Virus record (IMG/VR): IMGVR_UViG_2693429706_000001
DNA length: 18,039 bases
Strand: one strand, 5' to 3'
Source: a virus
Taxonomy: Duplodnaviria; Heunggongvirae; Uroviricota; Caudoviricetes
Position 1 is the first letter of the stretch. Each line of letters opens with the position of its first letter. The notes beneath the pieces are model-generated. The model was not told the DNA's origin and made no database searches. It was given only the letters and a program-made list of their open reading frames with translations. Made by a program: the position numbers and the translations under genes. Shown here in pieces: positions 8,114 through 16,236 of this stretch.

Positions 8114-8156
8114 AACTGTCTCCGCACAGCCCCGTTCAGGGGCTGATTTCAGGTAC

Positions 8157-8175
8157 AAAAAAAGCCCTTACGGGC
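8157..8175 (-). terminator. intrinsic terminator immediately after the major capsid gene
   Basis: Minus-strand GCCC-GTAA-GGGC (GNRA-type tetraloop) followed by TTTTTTT; begins 25 nt after the capsid stop codon at 8200. Confidence 0.6.
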
Positions 8176-8199
8176 CATCAGAGTTGTTGTCTGCGACGT

Positions 8200-10209
8200 T
8201 TACGCCGTACATTTCACCAGACCGCGGTGATCAACTGGCGCGACACCGGCGTCAATACGCACTTTCGTTGTCACGCCATCCACACTGAAGCCCTCCATCT
8301 GATCAATATATGGCGTATCCACACCGTTGAGATAAGCCACTTCAATCGTATCGGAGCCTTTTGACGCAGCCAGGTAGAAGGTGGTCTGGCTGTTATCATC
8401 AAGACGAGGCTCTGCAATAACGGTCGCAAAATCTTTCACCGGGTTAATAATACCGGCGTTAATGTCAGCCCCCTTGACACTTGAGGAGCGAATGACCTGG
8501 TTAGCAACAGACTCCATCGCCGTCGGTACCAGTACGAACGCAGGACGAATATTCAGATGACGCTCCCCCTCTTTCTGAACGCGCATCAACTGGCGGGCTT
8601 TATCCAGCGATGCCACGTCCATTGCAGCGCTCTCCAGTACGTTTGCATGTTTCGCTTTATCGAACAGACTTACATTATCTGTGGAGATTTTCGGGTTAGA
8701 CGTCAGAATGGCATAAACCAGATCGGCAATAGTGGATTTCGCCGCACGGCCCAGTTTCATCGGGACATCGGTCAGCATATTCAGATCATCATTGATAATG
8801 GCCTGACGGGTGATACTGAACAGCTCGCCATAGGTCGCCAGTGCAATAGTGGCCTGTTTATCTCCGGTGGTGACGTATTTATATTCCGCCCCTTCACGCA
8901 CCTGACGCAGAGCACTGAAGCCACCCATACCCACACGATGGGCAATTTTAAAATCAGACAACTGACCTTTCCGCGTCCACTGTTCATAGGTTTCAGGGGC
9001 ATCTTCCCAGCCCTGCAGAATGGCTTTGTTCGCAACATCCAGCAGAATATTACCGAAGTCAGACGTACTGTGTGTGAACGCCGCACCGACCATCTGCATC
9101 GGGTTATAACTGGAAACCCCAATACCCCGTTCAGTCAGTGACATACGGGCATATTCACGCAGGGTCATCCCGTTGTAGACATTATCACGTTCGGTTTTTT
9201 CAAATCCGGCACGCGCCATCAGCGCCTGGCGGATCCCGTCCCCCACAAAATTACCGTTACCGGCATAAATATGAGCCGGGGTATTTTTATTGGATGGCGT
9301 GGACTCGCGCCCCATCTCGTTCAACAGCTTTTCGCGGGCCTGCTCCAGCGAACATTCAGGATCGGCAAGACACTGAGCCTGCAGCGTCTGATAACGCCCG
9401 CCAAACATGGCAAACAGATCATTAATACCGTTTACACGCGCTTTTTGCTCTGCCAGTACCTGCGCACGGATGCTGTTTTCATCCACCACGGGTGCTGCTG
9501 CCTGCACTGGCGTCCGGGAGGCTTCAGGTTCATTATCCTGTACGCGTGGAGCACTGTTGCGTGGCGGAGTAATCATGTTTCGAATGGATTCCGGCATCTT
9601 TTTAAATTCCTCTGTACGTTTTGACTGAATACATGCCATTGCCTTAACGGCTGGCGTTACCTGATCAGCAAATCCATGTGCCAGACATTCGGCACCGGAC
9701 ATCCAGGTCTCATCCGCCAGCATGGCAGCAATTTCATCGGTGGTTTTCCCGGTTTTCTGTGCATAAGCGGGTAACAGAACCGCCTCAACTTTATCGAGCA
9801 GGTCGGCATAGGTGCGCATGTCCTCCGCATCACCGCCCGTAAAGCCAAATGGTTTATGAATCATCATGAAGGTGTTTTCCGGCATAATGACCGGGTTTCC
9901 CACCATCGCAATGACCGACGCCATTGACGCCGCCACACCGTCGACATAAACGGTAATGGACGCACCATGTGTTTTCAGCGCATTAAAAATGGCGATGCCT
10001 TCAAAGACATCGCCACCCGGTGAATTAATATGGAGATTAATGTGGGTGATATCGCCCAGTGCATTCAGATCACTGATAAACTGCTTCGCTGTAACACCCC
10101 AGAAACCAATCTCGTCATAAATATAAATATCCGCGTCACTCTGGTGACCAGCCTGCATCCTGAACCAGGAATTATTCTTCGGACTGGTCGTCGGTGTGCT
10201 GCGGCTCAT
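8200..10209 (-). CDS. fused prohead protease (ClpP/S14-like) - scaffold - HK97-fold major capsid protein
   Basis: N-terminal region has ClpP hallmarks (INSPGGDVFEGIAIFNAL..., VDGVAASMASVIAMVG with the nucleophile Ser, MIHKP with the His); a central Ala/Gln/Glu-rich linker; the C-terminal ~300 aa resemble a phage major capsid protein. Start uncertain: ATG 10209 overlaps the portal by 38 nt, the alternative ATG at 10158 lies 13 nt after the portal stop; neither has a strong Shine-Dalgarno. Confidence 0.8.
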   Translation of the reverse strand: MSRSTPTTSPKNNSWFRMQAGHQSDADIYIYDEIGFWGVTAKQFISDLNALGDITHINLHINSPGGDVFEGIAIFNALKTHGASITVYVDGVAASMASVIAMVGNPVIMPENTFMMIHKPFGFTGGDAEDMRTYADLLDKVEAVLLPAYAQKTGKTTDEIAAMLADETWMSGAECLAHGFADQVTPAVKAMACIQSKRTEEFKKMPESIRNMITPPRNSAPRVQDNEPEASRTPVQAAAPVVDENSIRAQVLAEQKARVNGINDLFAMFGGRYQTLQAQCLADPECSLEQAREKLLNEMGRESTPSNKNTPAHIYAGNGNFVGDGIRQALMARAGFEKTERDNVYNGMTLREYARMSLTERGIGVSSYNPMQMVGAAFTHSTSDFGNILLDVANKAILQGWEDAPETYEQWTRKGQLSDFKIAHRVGMGGFSALRQVREGAEYKYVTTGDKQATIALATYGELFSITRQAIINDDLNMLTDVPMKLGRAAKSTIADLVYAILTSNPKISTDNVSLFDKAKHANVLESAAMDVASLDKARQLMRVQKEGERHLNIRPAFVLVPTAMESVANQVIRSSSVKGADINAGIINPVKDFATVIAEPRLDDNSQTTFYLAASKGSDTIEVAYLNGVDTPYIDQMEGFSVDGVTTKVRIDAGVAPVDHRGLVKCTA

Positions 10210-11680
10210 GTCGTTTCGTTGCGGCACTGCTGCCTCCTTTATCACTGGCCGGATCGGTATCAAATACCAGATCCAGCTTGCGGTTTTCATCAATTTCGGC
10301 CTTGCGCCGACGTTTGACATCATCCGGATTACGACCACCAGCACGTACCCAGTCTGATTCTGTCGCCGCTCCACCACGAATCTGGATTTTCCAGGCCTCA
10401 GCCTCCTTAACAGGGTCAATCCACGGCATCACCGGTCCGGAATACACCGCGGTATACAGTGAAGAACGGTCAAGATCGCGGGGTAGCCTGATAACACCGG
10501 ATGCCACAGCCTGTTTCAGCCAGGCACGATACATCGGACGGGTGACGGCACCAATAAACCAGTCCTGCAGGATCAGGTAGCCATCAGTGGATTCAACCAG
10601 CTCCTGACGCTGGGCGCTGTAAGTGCCGTTATAGTTGCGCGCTGTACTGGAAAAACTCAGACGACTGCCCGCCGCCACGGCACGCAACTGACCATTACGA
10701 AAAGTTTCAAGGTTAGGATTGGGGCGATCCGACTTCACCATTCCGATTTCTTCGCCGGGTTTCAGATCATCGTAAATAATGCCTGGCTGAATGGTAAGCT
10801 CGCGTTCCTTATCCTTGCTGCCATTACCATCCGCTTCATAGCTCTGCCCGTCGCCTTTCCGGATGTACATCCCCAGAGCAGCGGCGATCCTTGCTGCAGT
10901 CAGCTCAGAATCTTCATACTCTTTCAGAGCACTGAGGCGGATCAGCACACCGGACAATAAAGACGTCCCGCGCATCTGGTGCAGACGGCGAACAAATTTA
11001 AGATGCAGCATTCGCTCTGCATCCACTTCTTTGGTTTCCATCTGCCGTCCGGATACGGGACGGCTTTTATACACCAGATATTTTTCGGGACGCCCCCAGT
11101 CATCAACAAACACGCCCTGATTCAGCCTGTTGCTCTCATCACTGGTCATGGGAATAAAGTCCGGCTCGAGCGCCTCCAGCCAGAAATGAACACCGGCAGA
11201 AGGCGTCAGGCTGTTTATGCGCCCGGAAACCATCTGGGCAAACACCTCACCATCGCGCAGCCAGGTACGAAGCATCAGACGTTCCAGCATCGGACGGGTA
11301 AACTGCCCGGTGACTTCCGGGCTGACAGACCATTCACTCCATCGGGTGCGAATCTCCGCAGCCAGGTCACGGGCAATGGCCCCATTGCGTAATACCGGAT
11401 GTGGCTCGACAATAATCCCGTTTTTCCCCACCACCCGTTCTTCCAGCTTGTCAAATACACCAATAACCAGATCGTGGTTGTTATCAAGGTAACGGGCCTG
11501 CTCACGTAACGACACGGCCCCGTACTGGCTTAACTGGTCGGCAGTTCGGTTCTCCCGTCGGGCTTTGTGTGTCCGCGTCGTTTTTACGGCCTCATAAGCC
11601 TGGATCACCGCACGGGAACGCAGCCTTGCCGCTTTCCATCCTGGTGAAAAAACGCCAATCACATCATCAAGAATTGCCAT
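10172..11680 (-). CDS. portal protein (lambda gpB family)
   Basis: 502-aa ORF in the portal position between gpW-like and protease genes. Start set at ATG 11680 (MAILDDVIGVFSPGW...) with GAGG 5 nt upstream and a 1-nt overlap with the W stop (TGATG). Confidence 0.85.
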   Translation of the reverse strand: MAILDDVIGVFSPGWKAARLRSRAVIQAYEAVKTTRTHKARRENRTADQLSQYGAVSLREQARYLDNNHDLVIGVFDKLEERVVGKNGIIVEPHPVLRNGAIARDLAAEIRTRWSEWSVSPEVTGQFTRPMLERLMLRTWLRDGEVFAQMVSGRINSLTPSAGVHFWLEALEPDFIPMTSDESNRLNQGVFVDDWGRPEKYLVYKSRPVSGRQMETKEVDAERMLHLKFVRRLHQMRGTSLLSGVLIRLSALKEYEDSELTAARIAAALGMYIRKGDGQSYEADGNGSKDKERELTIQPGIIYDDLKPGEEIGMVKSDRPNPNLETFRNGQLRAVAAGSRLSFSSTARNYNGTYSAQRQELVESTDGYLILQDWFIGAVTRPMYRAWLKQAVASGVIRLPRDLDRSSLYTAVYSGPVMPWIDPVKEAEAWKIQIRGGAATESDWVRAGGRNPDDVKRRRKAEIDENRKLDLVFDTDPASDKGGSSAATKRHEPQHTDDQSEE

Positions 11681-11892
11681 CAGAACCTCGCCAGCCGATA
11701 CCCGGGATGCCCCCGTCGTCGTGTAATCAGAGCCGCAAGGCGGCGCTCCCACTCCTGCCGTCCCTGCCGGATCTCAGATAAGTTTTCCATGGTCATCTGC
11801 TGACCATTAAAGGTGACGGATTTTCCGTCCAGCACCGCCATTTCAGCTTCCGTATAACGCTGAATCATGGCTTCGATATCATTCTGGTTCAT
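11680..11892 (-). CDS. head-tail joining protein (lambda gpW-like)
   Basis: About 70 aa, MNQNDIEAMIQRYTEAEMAVLDGKSVTFNGQQMTMENLSEIRQGR...RRRGHPGY resembles lambda gpW (..[32 protein letters not shown]...RRRGPAGF); the ATG overlaps the terL stop (ATGA) and GGAGG is upstream. Confidence 0.75.
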   Translation of the reverse strand: MNQNDIEAMIQRYTEAEMAVLDGKSVTFNGQQMTMENLSEIRQGRQEWERRLAALITRRRGHPGYRLARF

Positions 11893-13988
11893 AACCATCC
11901 TCCGGAAGTCAGCCAGGGGTTAACATCGTCAGTTACTGTTTTCTTCCGTTTTTGTTTTTTAACAGGCGTGGATACCGGTTCCGGTGAGGATGACGGTTCG
12001 GTACTGTCCGGGACACACTCCAGCCAGGTTTCCCGGCTCGCCCACTCCGGTGCATCCGGCCAGCGGATCTTTTCGTATCCATGCAGAATGACCAGAGCCT
12101 CGGCATACACCATCAGGTCAAAAGCTTCGTTGGCACCGCGACCCGGCTTACTCCATTTCCCGTCACTGCTCCGCTCTTCATACGTCAGTTCGTCGTAAAA
12201 CCAGCTCCCCAGCCAGTCAGGGAAATGCACATAGCCGGGACCTGGCGAGTCACGCCATAACGCGTTATTCACCCGGTCTTTCAGTGCATCCGTCTGAAGA
12301 AGCCAGAGCGGCACATCACCTGCGGCCTGCGCCCGTCGGCCCGTTCGTCCGGTGTTATCAGGGAATGTACGGGTGATCAGTTTTGCGCGCCGGATGCTGT
12401 CGCCCTTAAACAGGTAAATACGTTTACCAAGGCCATCACGACGGCAACGACGCCAGAATTTATAGGCATTATCAGTGACCCCGTCTTCACCGCCGGAGTC
12501 CACCGCCATTGCCATCAGTCGCATTTGTTGAGAAGGATCGGAGGCCAGCGGCCAGCTTTTATGAAAAACATCCGTCAGCAGGACATCCCAGTCTTCCGGA
12601 TAGCTGGCCGGATCAATTCGCTGGCTCTCCCCGTCGCTGTCACCGCGCAATGACTGCGTGATGTTGTAACGATCAATAATCCAGCGTTCGCCACGGCTGC
12701 CATAGCCCGTTACCTGAACCACAAAACGGCGATGACGTCCCGCCTGCACATCCACTGTCGCCACAAGAAAATTAACGCCATCCGGCACACTGCGGGAAGG
12801 AACTGGCTCTGCCCGCTGCTCAAGCAGTTCACTTTTTCGTTGCTCCATGCTGGCGCGGGGAAGATAAGGTAATCCCCAGTCGGTGTTGATAACCGCCCTG
12901 AGTGTTTCTTCACTTCCTGTCGCTTCATACTCCTGTTCTGCAGTCAGTAATTTGTAAACCAGTTGCGCCCAGGTCTGATACGCAGCAGCTGGCCCTTCCA
13001 TCCAGAAACTGGCGATACGGGAGCGGCGCGGTTCACCGGAAACGTTGCCGTTACAATCAATGACCTGACCTTCACGCAACCAGACTCCTGCACTATTGAG
13101 CTCACGCTTTTTCTCCGCCGTGATAATGCCGCTGCAGTGCGGGCAAAGTAGATACGCCGCCTCACTGGCTTTAAAGGGATCCGGTTCATTACGGTAGCCG
13201 GTCATGGCATCCATGGCTGGCTGAAAATATTCACCGCAGTGCGGACATGGCCAGTACCAGCGGCGGCGGTCACCACGATTGTAAAGGGAAAGAATACCAG
13301 TCGTCGGTGGCGCTTCATGAGGCGACTTACGTCGCCATTTGCTGTCGCAGATGTCACGTCCCGGCGAGCTCTCCACCAGAGTCATCCCGGCGGACATAAA
13401 TGTGGTGGTACGTTTTGAGGCCAGGGAGAAACCATCACCCTCGCTGTCGATATTCTCCGGAAAACGGTCGTAATCGGTTAAGGCGACAAACCGGTAATCC
13501 GACGACGACATAATGTTGACCGAGGGCCAACCAATTTTAAGGAACGAGCCATCCCTGAACGTCTTATCATGGACATTATTGTCATTACGACGTGGACTCA
13601 TTCTTTTCTTTACCGCCGCACTGCTTCTGAACGTTCTGTCGAGGCGCTTTTTTGAATGCTCGCGGGCCTTATCTTCGGTCATCTGCACAACGAGCATGTC
13701 CGAAGGATCGCAAACGATGGTATAGACAATCCATCCATCGATCAGACCAATGGTCTTCCCTGTTCGCGCAGGACCAACAAAAATCACCGCATCGTATTCA
13801 CGCGATGCCAGGCAGTTCATGGGCTCAATGATGTAGGGTGTCAGTTCAGGATCCCATGGCACCGAGTTACCAGCCCCCTTGGGAACACGCATGAATTTTT
13901 TAACAGCCTCCGAAATCGGCATGCGACGTGGTGGGGAAAATCCTGCCGATATGTCCCTTCCCAAATTTCGGGCTGATGAAAAACCCAT
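11889..13988 (-). CDS. terminase large subunit (lambda gpA family)
   Basis: 699-aa ORF with a Walker-A-like VGPARTGKT motif and a CPHCGEYF zinc-binding motif (lambda gpA has CPHCGEEQY); GGAGG lies 4 nt upstream of ATG 13988. Confidence 0.92.
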   Translation of the reverse strand: MGFSSARNLGRDISAGFSPPRRMPISEAVKKFMRVPKGAGNSVPWDPELTPYIIEPMNCLASREYDAVIFVGPARTGKTIGLIDGWIVYTIVCDPSDMLVVQMTEDKAREHSKKRLDRTFRSSAAVKKRMSPRRNDNNVHDKTFRDGSFLKIGWPSVNIMSSSDYRFVALTDYDRFPENIDSEGDGFSLASKRTTTFMSAGMTLVESSPGRDICDSKWRRKSPHEAPPTTGILSLYNRGDRRRWYWPCPHCGEYFQPAMDAMTGYRNEPDPFKASEAAYLLCPHCSGIITAEKKRELNSAGVWLREGQVIDCNGNVSGEPRRSRIASFWMEGPAAAYQTWAQLVYKLLTAEQEYEATGSEETLRAVINTDWGLPYLPRASMEQRKSELLEQRAEPVPSRSVPDGVNFLVATVDVQAGRHRRFVVQVTGYGSRGERWIIDRYNITQSLRGDSDGESQRIDPASYPEDWDVLLTDVFHKSWPLASDPSQQMRLMAMAVDSGGEDGVTDNAYKFWRRCRRDGLGKRIYLFKGDSIRRAKLITRTFPDNTGRTGRRAQAAGDVPLWLLQTDALKDRVNNALWRDSPGPGYVHFPDWLGSWFYDELTYEERSSDGKWSKPGRGANEAFDLMVYAEALVILHGYEKIRWPDAPEWASRETWLECVPDSTEPSSSPEPVSTPVKKQKRKKTVTDDVNPWLTSGGWL

Positions 13989-13996
13989 TATTCCTC

Positions 13997-14524
13997 CTAG
14001 AGACTCTCTCCTTCCTCATCAGGAATTAATTCAGCAGCACAAGCCTCGTAGGATTTTTCCTGAAGAGTGTATCGCAGGTCATCAATGGCCTGCTGTACAA
14101 CGCCAACGGCCTGAGGAGTCAGGGCGCAATCGCGTTCAAGAACATCCGGAATTGTCTCCAGAACCTGGACGACAGCCTTTCTCATGGACGAATAGACGAT
14201 GACTACTTCATCAACGGGGATGAGTTTTCGCTGCTCCTTTTCCAGCTTGATCCTTTCATTTTCCGACTGGTACCAGTCCTTTCTCTCTTTCGGCTCCATA
14301 CGGGATGGATCATGAACAGAGTCTGCTGCCTCATGCTTCACACTAAACAGGGCAGGCCCGACATGCTGCAGGGCGTAAACGGGGTTCCCCCTGACAGTCG
14401 CAGCCACAGGAGTGTTGGCCGCGAGGAGCCGTTTTTTTACTGTGTCCCAGTGAAGCCCAAAGGCCTCGGCGATTTTAAAAACACTCCAGTAATAAGCATC
14501 ACCGATCCCGCTCACATTTGACAT
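13997..14524 (-). CDS. terminase small subunit
   Basis: About 175-aa ORF ending 9 nt before terL, so terS by position; not the lambda Nu1 sequence type. Start set at the second ATG (MSNVSGIG..., 14524) with GGAG 6 nt upstream. Confidence 0.7.
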   Translation of the reverse strand: MSNVSGIGDAYYWSVFKIAEAFGLHWDTVKKRLLAANTPVAATVRGNPVYALQHVGPALFSVKHEAADSVHDPSRMEPKERKDWYQSENERIKLEKEQRKLIPVDEVVIVYSSMRKAVVQVLETIPDVLERDCALTPQAVGVVQQAIDDLRYTLQEKSYEACAAELIPDEEGESL

Positions 14525-14811
14525 AAGCAACTCCATCTGGCAGGTGAAAATCAGGTTTATTTATATATTTCAATTAATTGCAAACTAGTCTAATGACAGG
14601 GAGAAAAAAATATTGTACAGCTGAAAAGAGAAATAACTTTTAATTATCAATAAATTACCAAACATGCTGCCGCCGCCATGGAAATGCAAAAACTAGCCTT
14701 TTTCCGCGACGCTCCCGCCCCGTGGCAGGGACCCCCACTGGGAGGACCCGACAGCCTGACAACCGTGACGAGCATCTGAAACAGAGCTTTACATAATGGC
14801 ATGGGGATAAT

Positions 14812-15003
14812 TCAGAAGGACATCACAGCATGCCCACACAAATTAGTGTGAGTGTCCTGTTTCTTACTACGCGCAGGACTGACGAGCATGAGGGGAAAAT
14901 ACGAGAACCGAAATGCCTTATCTTCAGAAATGCAGCCGGCATCCGAACTGGACGATATTGTAAATTCACCTAAATACGAGGCATTGCTGTAGTTGAATTG
15001 CAT
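14812..15003 (-). CDS. hypothetical 63-aa ORF (weak)
   Basis: ATG-initiated ORF with no recognisable Shine-Dalgarno and a low-complexity product; listed only because it lies in the cargo region. Confidence 0.2.
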   Translation of the reverse strand: MQFNYSNASYLGEFTISSSSDAGCISEDKAFRFSYFPLMLVSPARSKKQDTHTNLCGHAVMSF

Positions 15004-15086
15004 TGCTGTATTAGCCTGACAGTGACAGAATACGATATTGACTCTGTCACTTGTGAAATGGTCAGAATGGTTAGCAGTTATGGTGA

Positions 15087-15293
15087 TCAGTCAACCACCA
15101 GGGAATAATCCTTCGTATTCTTATCGTGCTTTACTAACGCGGCCTCAATTGCCCTGAATGCTTCCAGAGACACTTGATGTTCTATACATGCAATTACAAC
15201 ATCCGGGTAACCCATCGAAATGGTGCTATTAAGCATAGTTTTTACACGAACCTGCTCCTGGGAGGGGGCATCAGTGTATTGATCTTTATGCAT
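15087..15293 (-). CDS. hypothetical small protein (68 aa), uncharacterised moron
   Basis: ATG at 15293 preceded by GGAG with a 7-nt spacer; product [68 protein letters not shown]. Size and position upstream of terS recall the YbcW/YnfO-type small proteins of DLP12/Qin, but I cannot confirm this from memory. Confidence 0.45.
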   Translation of the reverse strand: MHKDQYTDAPSQEQVRVKTMLNSTISMGYPDVVIACIEHQVSLEAFRAIEAALVKHDKNTKDYSLVVD

Positions 15294-15500
15294 TTTGTCG
15301 CTCCATGCGTTTGCTCTTCACTTACGGCTAAAAATATAACGTCAAATCACTCAGCATGAAAGAGTTAAAGATTCAGCGCGTTTCCCTTACATAATCTGTC
15401 GTTTGTATTCTCTTCAGGCATACCGGAAAGACTAGGTATTGTCACACAACCAATACCATCGACAATCGAGATTTATACCTATTCGGTAATGTTTAAATAT

Positions 15501-15523
15501 AACAAAACCCCGTAAAAACGAGG
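15501..15523 (-). terminator. possible intrinsic terminator downstream of the gns-like gene
   Basis: Minus-strand CCTCG-TTTTTA-CGGGG (5-bp stem with one G-U pair) followed by TTTTGTT, about 60 nt after the gns-like stop. Confidence 0.3.
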
Positions 15524-15586
15524 TTTATGGGTAATTTGTATTGTTGAATAGCATCTGATGAGAAATTGATGCTAATACTAAACAGA

Positions 15587-15760
15587 CTAGATTAAATCAA
15601 TCTTGATATCATAGCTTTCAAGACCAGTCATTTTTTCCCGTGCAGTAAACTGGATACTGGTAACTTCTTTCCCGGTCTTTTTCTTAAGCTCAATGATTTT
15701 TTTTGTTATATATTCAGAAATATCTGCTTCTGTTTTTGTTTTTAACTCTTCAATGTTCAT
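15587..15760 (-). CDS. GnsA/GnsB-family small protein (57 aa)
   Basis: MNIEELKTKTEADISEYITKKIIELKKKTGKEVTSIQFTAREKMTGLESYDIKIDLI is collinear with E. coli GnsA/GnsB (MNIEEL...TGKEV...FTAREKMTGLESYD.KI); start at the second ATG (15760), 4-5 nt after AAGAGGA. Confidence 0.85.
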   Translation of the reverse strand: MNIEELKTKTEADISEYITKKIIELKKKTGKEVTSIQFTAREKMTGLESYDIKIDLI

Positions 15761-15932
15761 CATTTCCTCTTTTAGTCTGTTATGACTTTCCTGGTACACA
15801 GTAGTGTCAATTATATGGAGCAAACGTATAAAAGATAAGATGAAACATCGCAATAATCAACATACGACGGTCTAAATTTCACACAAACAGATAAAGATGA
15901 TTATCATTTATTATCAATGCATTAGAATCAAA

Positions 15933-16124
15933 TCAATTCAAGAGTCTCATTGCTGCTTCCAGAATTTCTTCTGAAGTTACATGTCGATCCGCTGCTACAT
16001 AAATGACTTTATGATCTCCGGTCAGAGATGGAAACCCTGCAGCCATTACAGTGAGGTGTGTTGTTTCGCCATTTGGATATTCACGCATGATGGTGTTAAC
16101 TCCGGTCATCACTGGCACTACCAT
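15933..16124 (-). CDS. hypothetical small protein (63 aa) in the position occupied by ynfN in Qin
   Basis: ATG-initiated ORF MVVPVMTGVNTIMREYPNGETTHLTVMAAGFPSLTGDHKVIYVAADRHVTSEEILEAAMRLLN between the csp and gns-like genes; no family recognised by eye. Confidence 0.5.
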   Translation of the reverse strand: MVVPVMTGVNTIMREYPNGETTHLTVMAAGFPSLTGDHKVIYVAADRHVTSEEILEAAMRLLN

Positions 16125-16208
16125 TGCTGGTTCAGAGTTAAAAAAAACTATTATTTTTTTTCATAATGTTACCGTAATATGTGAGTATCCATCGACTAGA
16201 CACTAAGC

Positions 16209-16228
16209 AAAAAAGCTCCCGAAGGAGC
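16209..16228 (-). terminator. intrinsic terminator ending the csp transcription unit
   Basis: Minus-strand GCTCC-TTCG-GGAGC (UUCG tetraloop) followed by TTTTTT, immediately after the stop of the zinc-ribbon mini-ORF and about 210 nt after the csp stop. Confidence 0.7.
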
Positions 16229-16236
16229 CTTCATTT

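Noticed and set aside
8114-8158. Longer start (MYLKSAPERG...) for the DUF2190 ORF
   Set aside because: The first codon is not preceded by a Shine-Dalgarno and the extension is translated from the hairpin/terminator region; the ATG at 8113 has GGAGA 5 nt upstream.
8557-9141. 194-aa plus-strand ORF and 113-aa minus-strand alternative-frame ORF inside the protease-capsid gene
   Set aside because: Embedded or antisense within a gene with clear ClpP and capsid motifs; no independent evidence.
10210-10419. ORF-track start of the protease-capsid ORF at 10419 (MTLLRRLRPGKSRF...)
   Set aside because: It would overlap the portal gene by about 250 nt, and the N-terminal extension has no ClpP-like features; downstream ATGs (10209 or 10158) are more plausible.
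10863-11492. Plus-strand ORFs antisense to the portal gene
   Set aside because: Antisense to a long conserved ORF; no start signals.
11681-11752. ORF-track N-terminal extension of the portal (MGAPPCGSDYTTTGASRVSAGEVLM...)
   Set aside because: It would overlap the whole 3' half of the gpW-like gene; the ATG at 11680 has a GAGG Shine-Dalgarno and a classic 1-nt stop/start overlap.
12710-13189. Minus-strand ORFs (72 and 81 aa) in alternative frames within terL
   Set aside because: Same strand but out of frame and fully inside the terminase large-subunit gene; no Shine-Dalgarno or family resemblance.
14537-14811. Looked for the lambda cosN cohesive-end sequence GGGCGGCGACCT (or its complement) upstream of terS
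   Set aside because: Not seen by eye in this interval; I therefore do not annotate a cos site, only a candidate structured region.
15174-15359. 61-aa plus-strand ORF antisense to the 68-aa hypothetical gene
   Set aside because: No Shine-Dalgarno; overlaps the better-supported minus-strand ORF.
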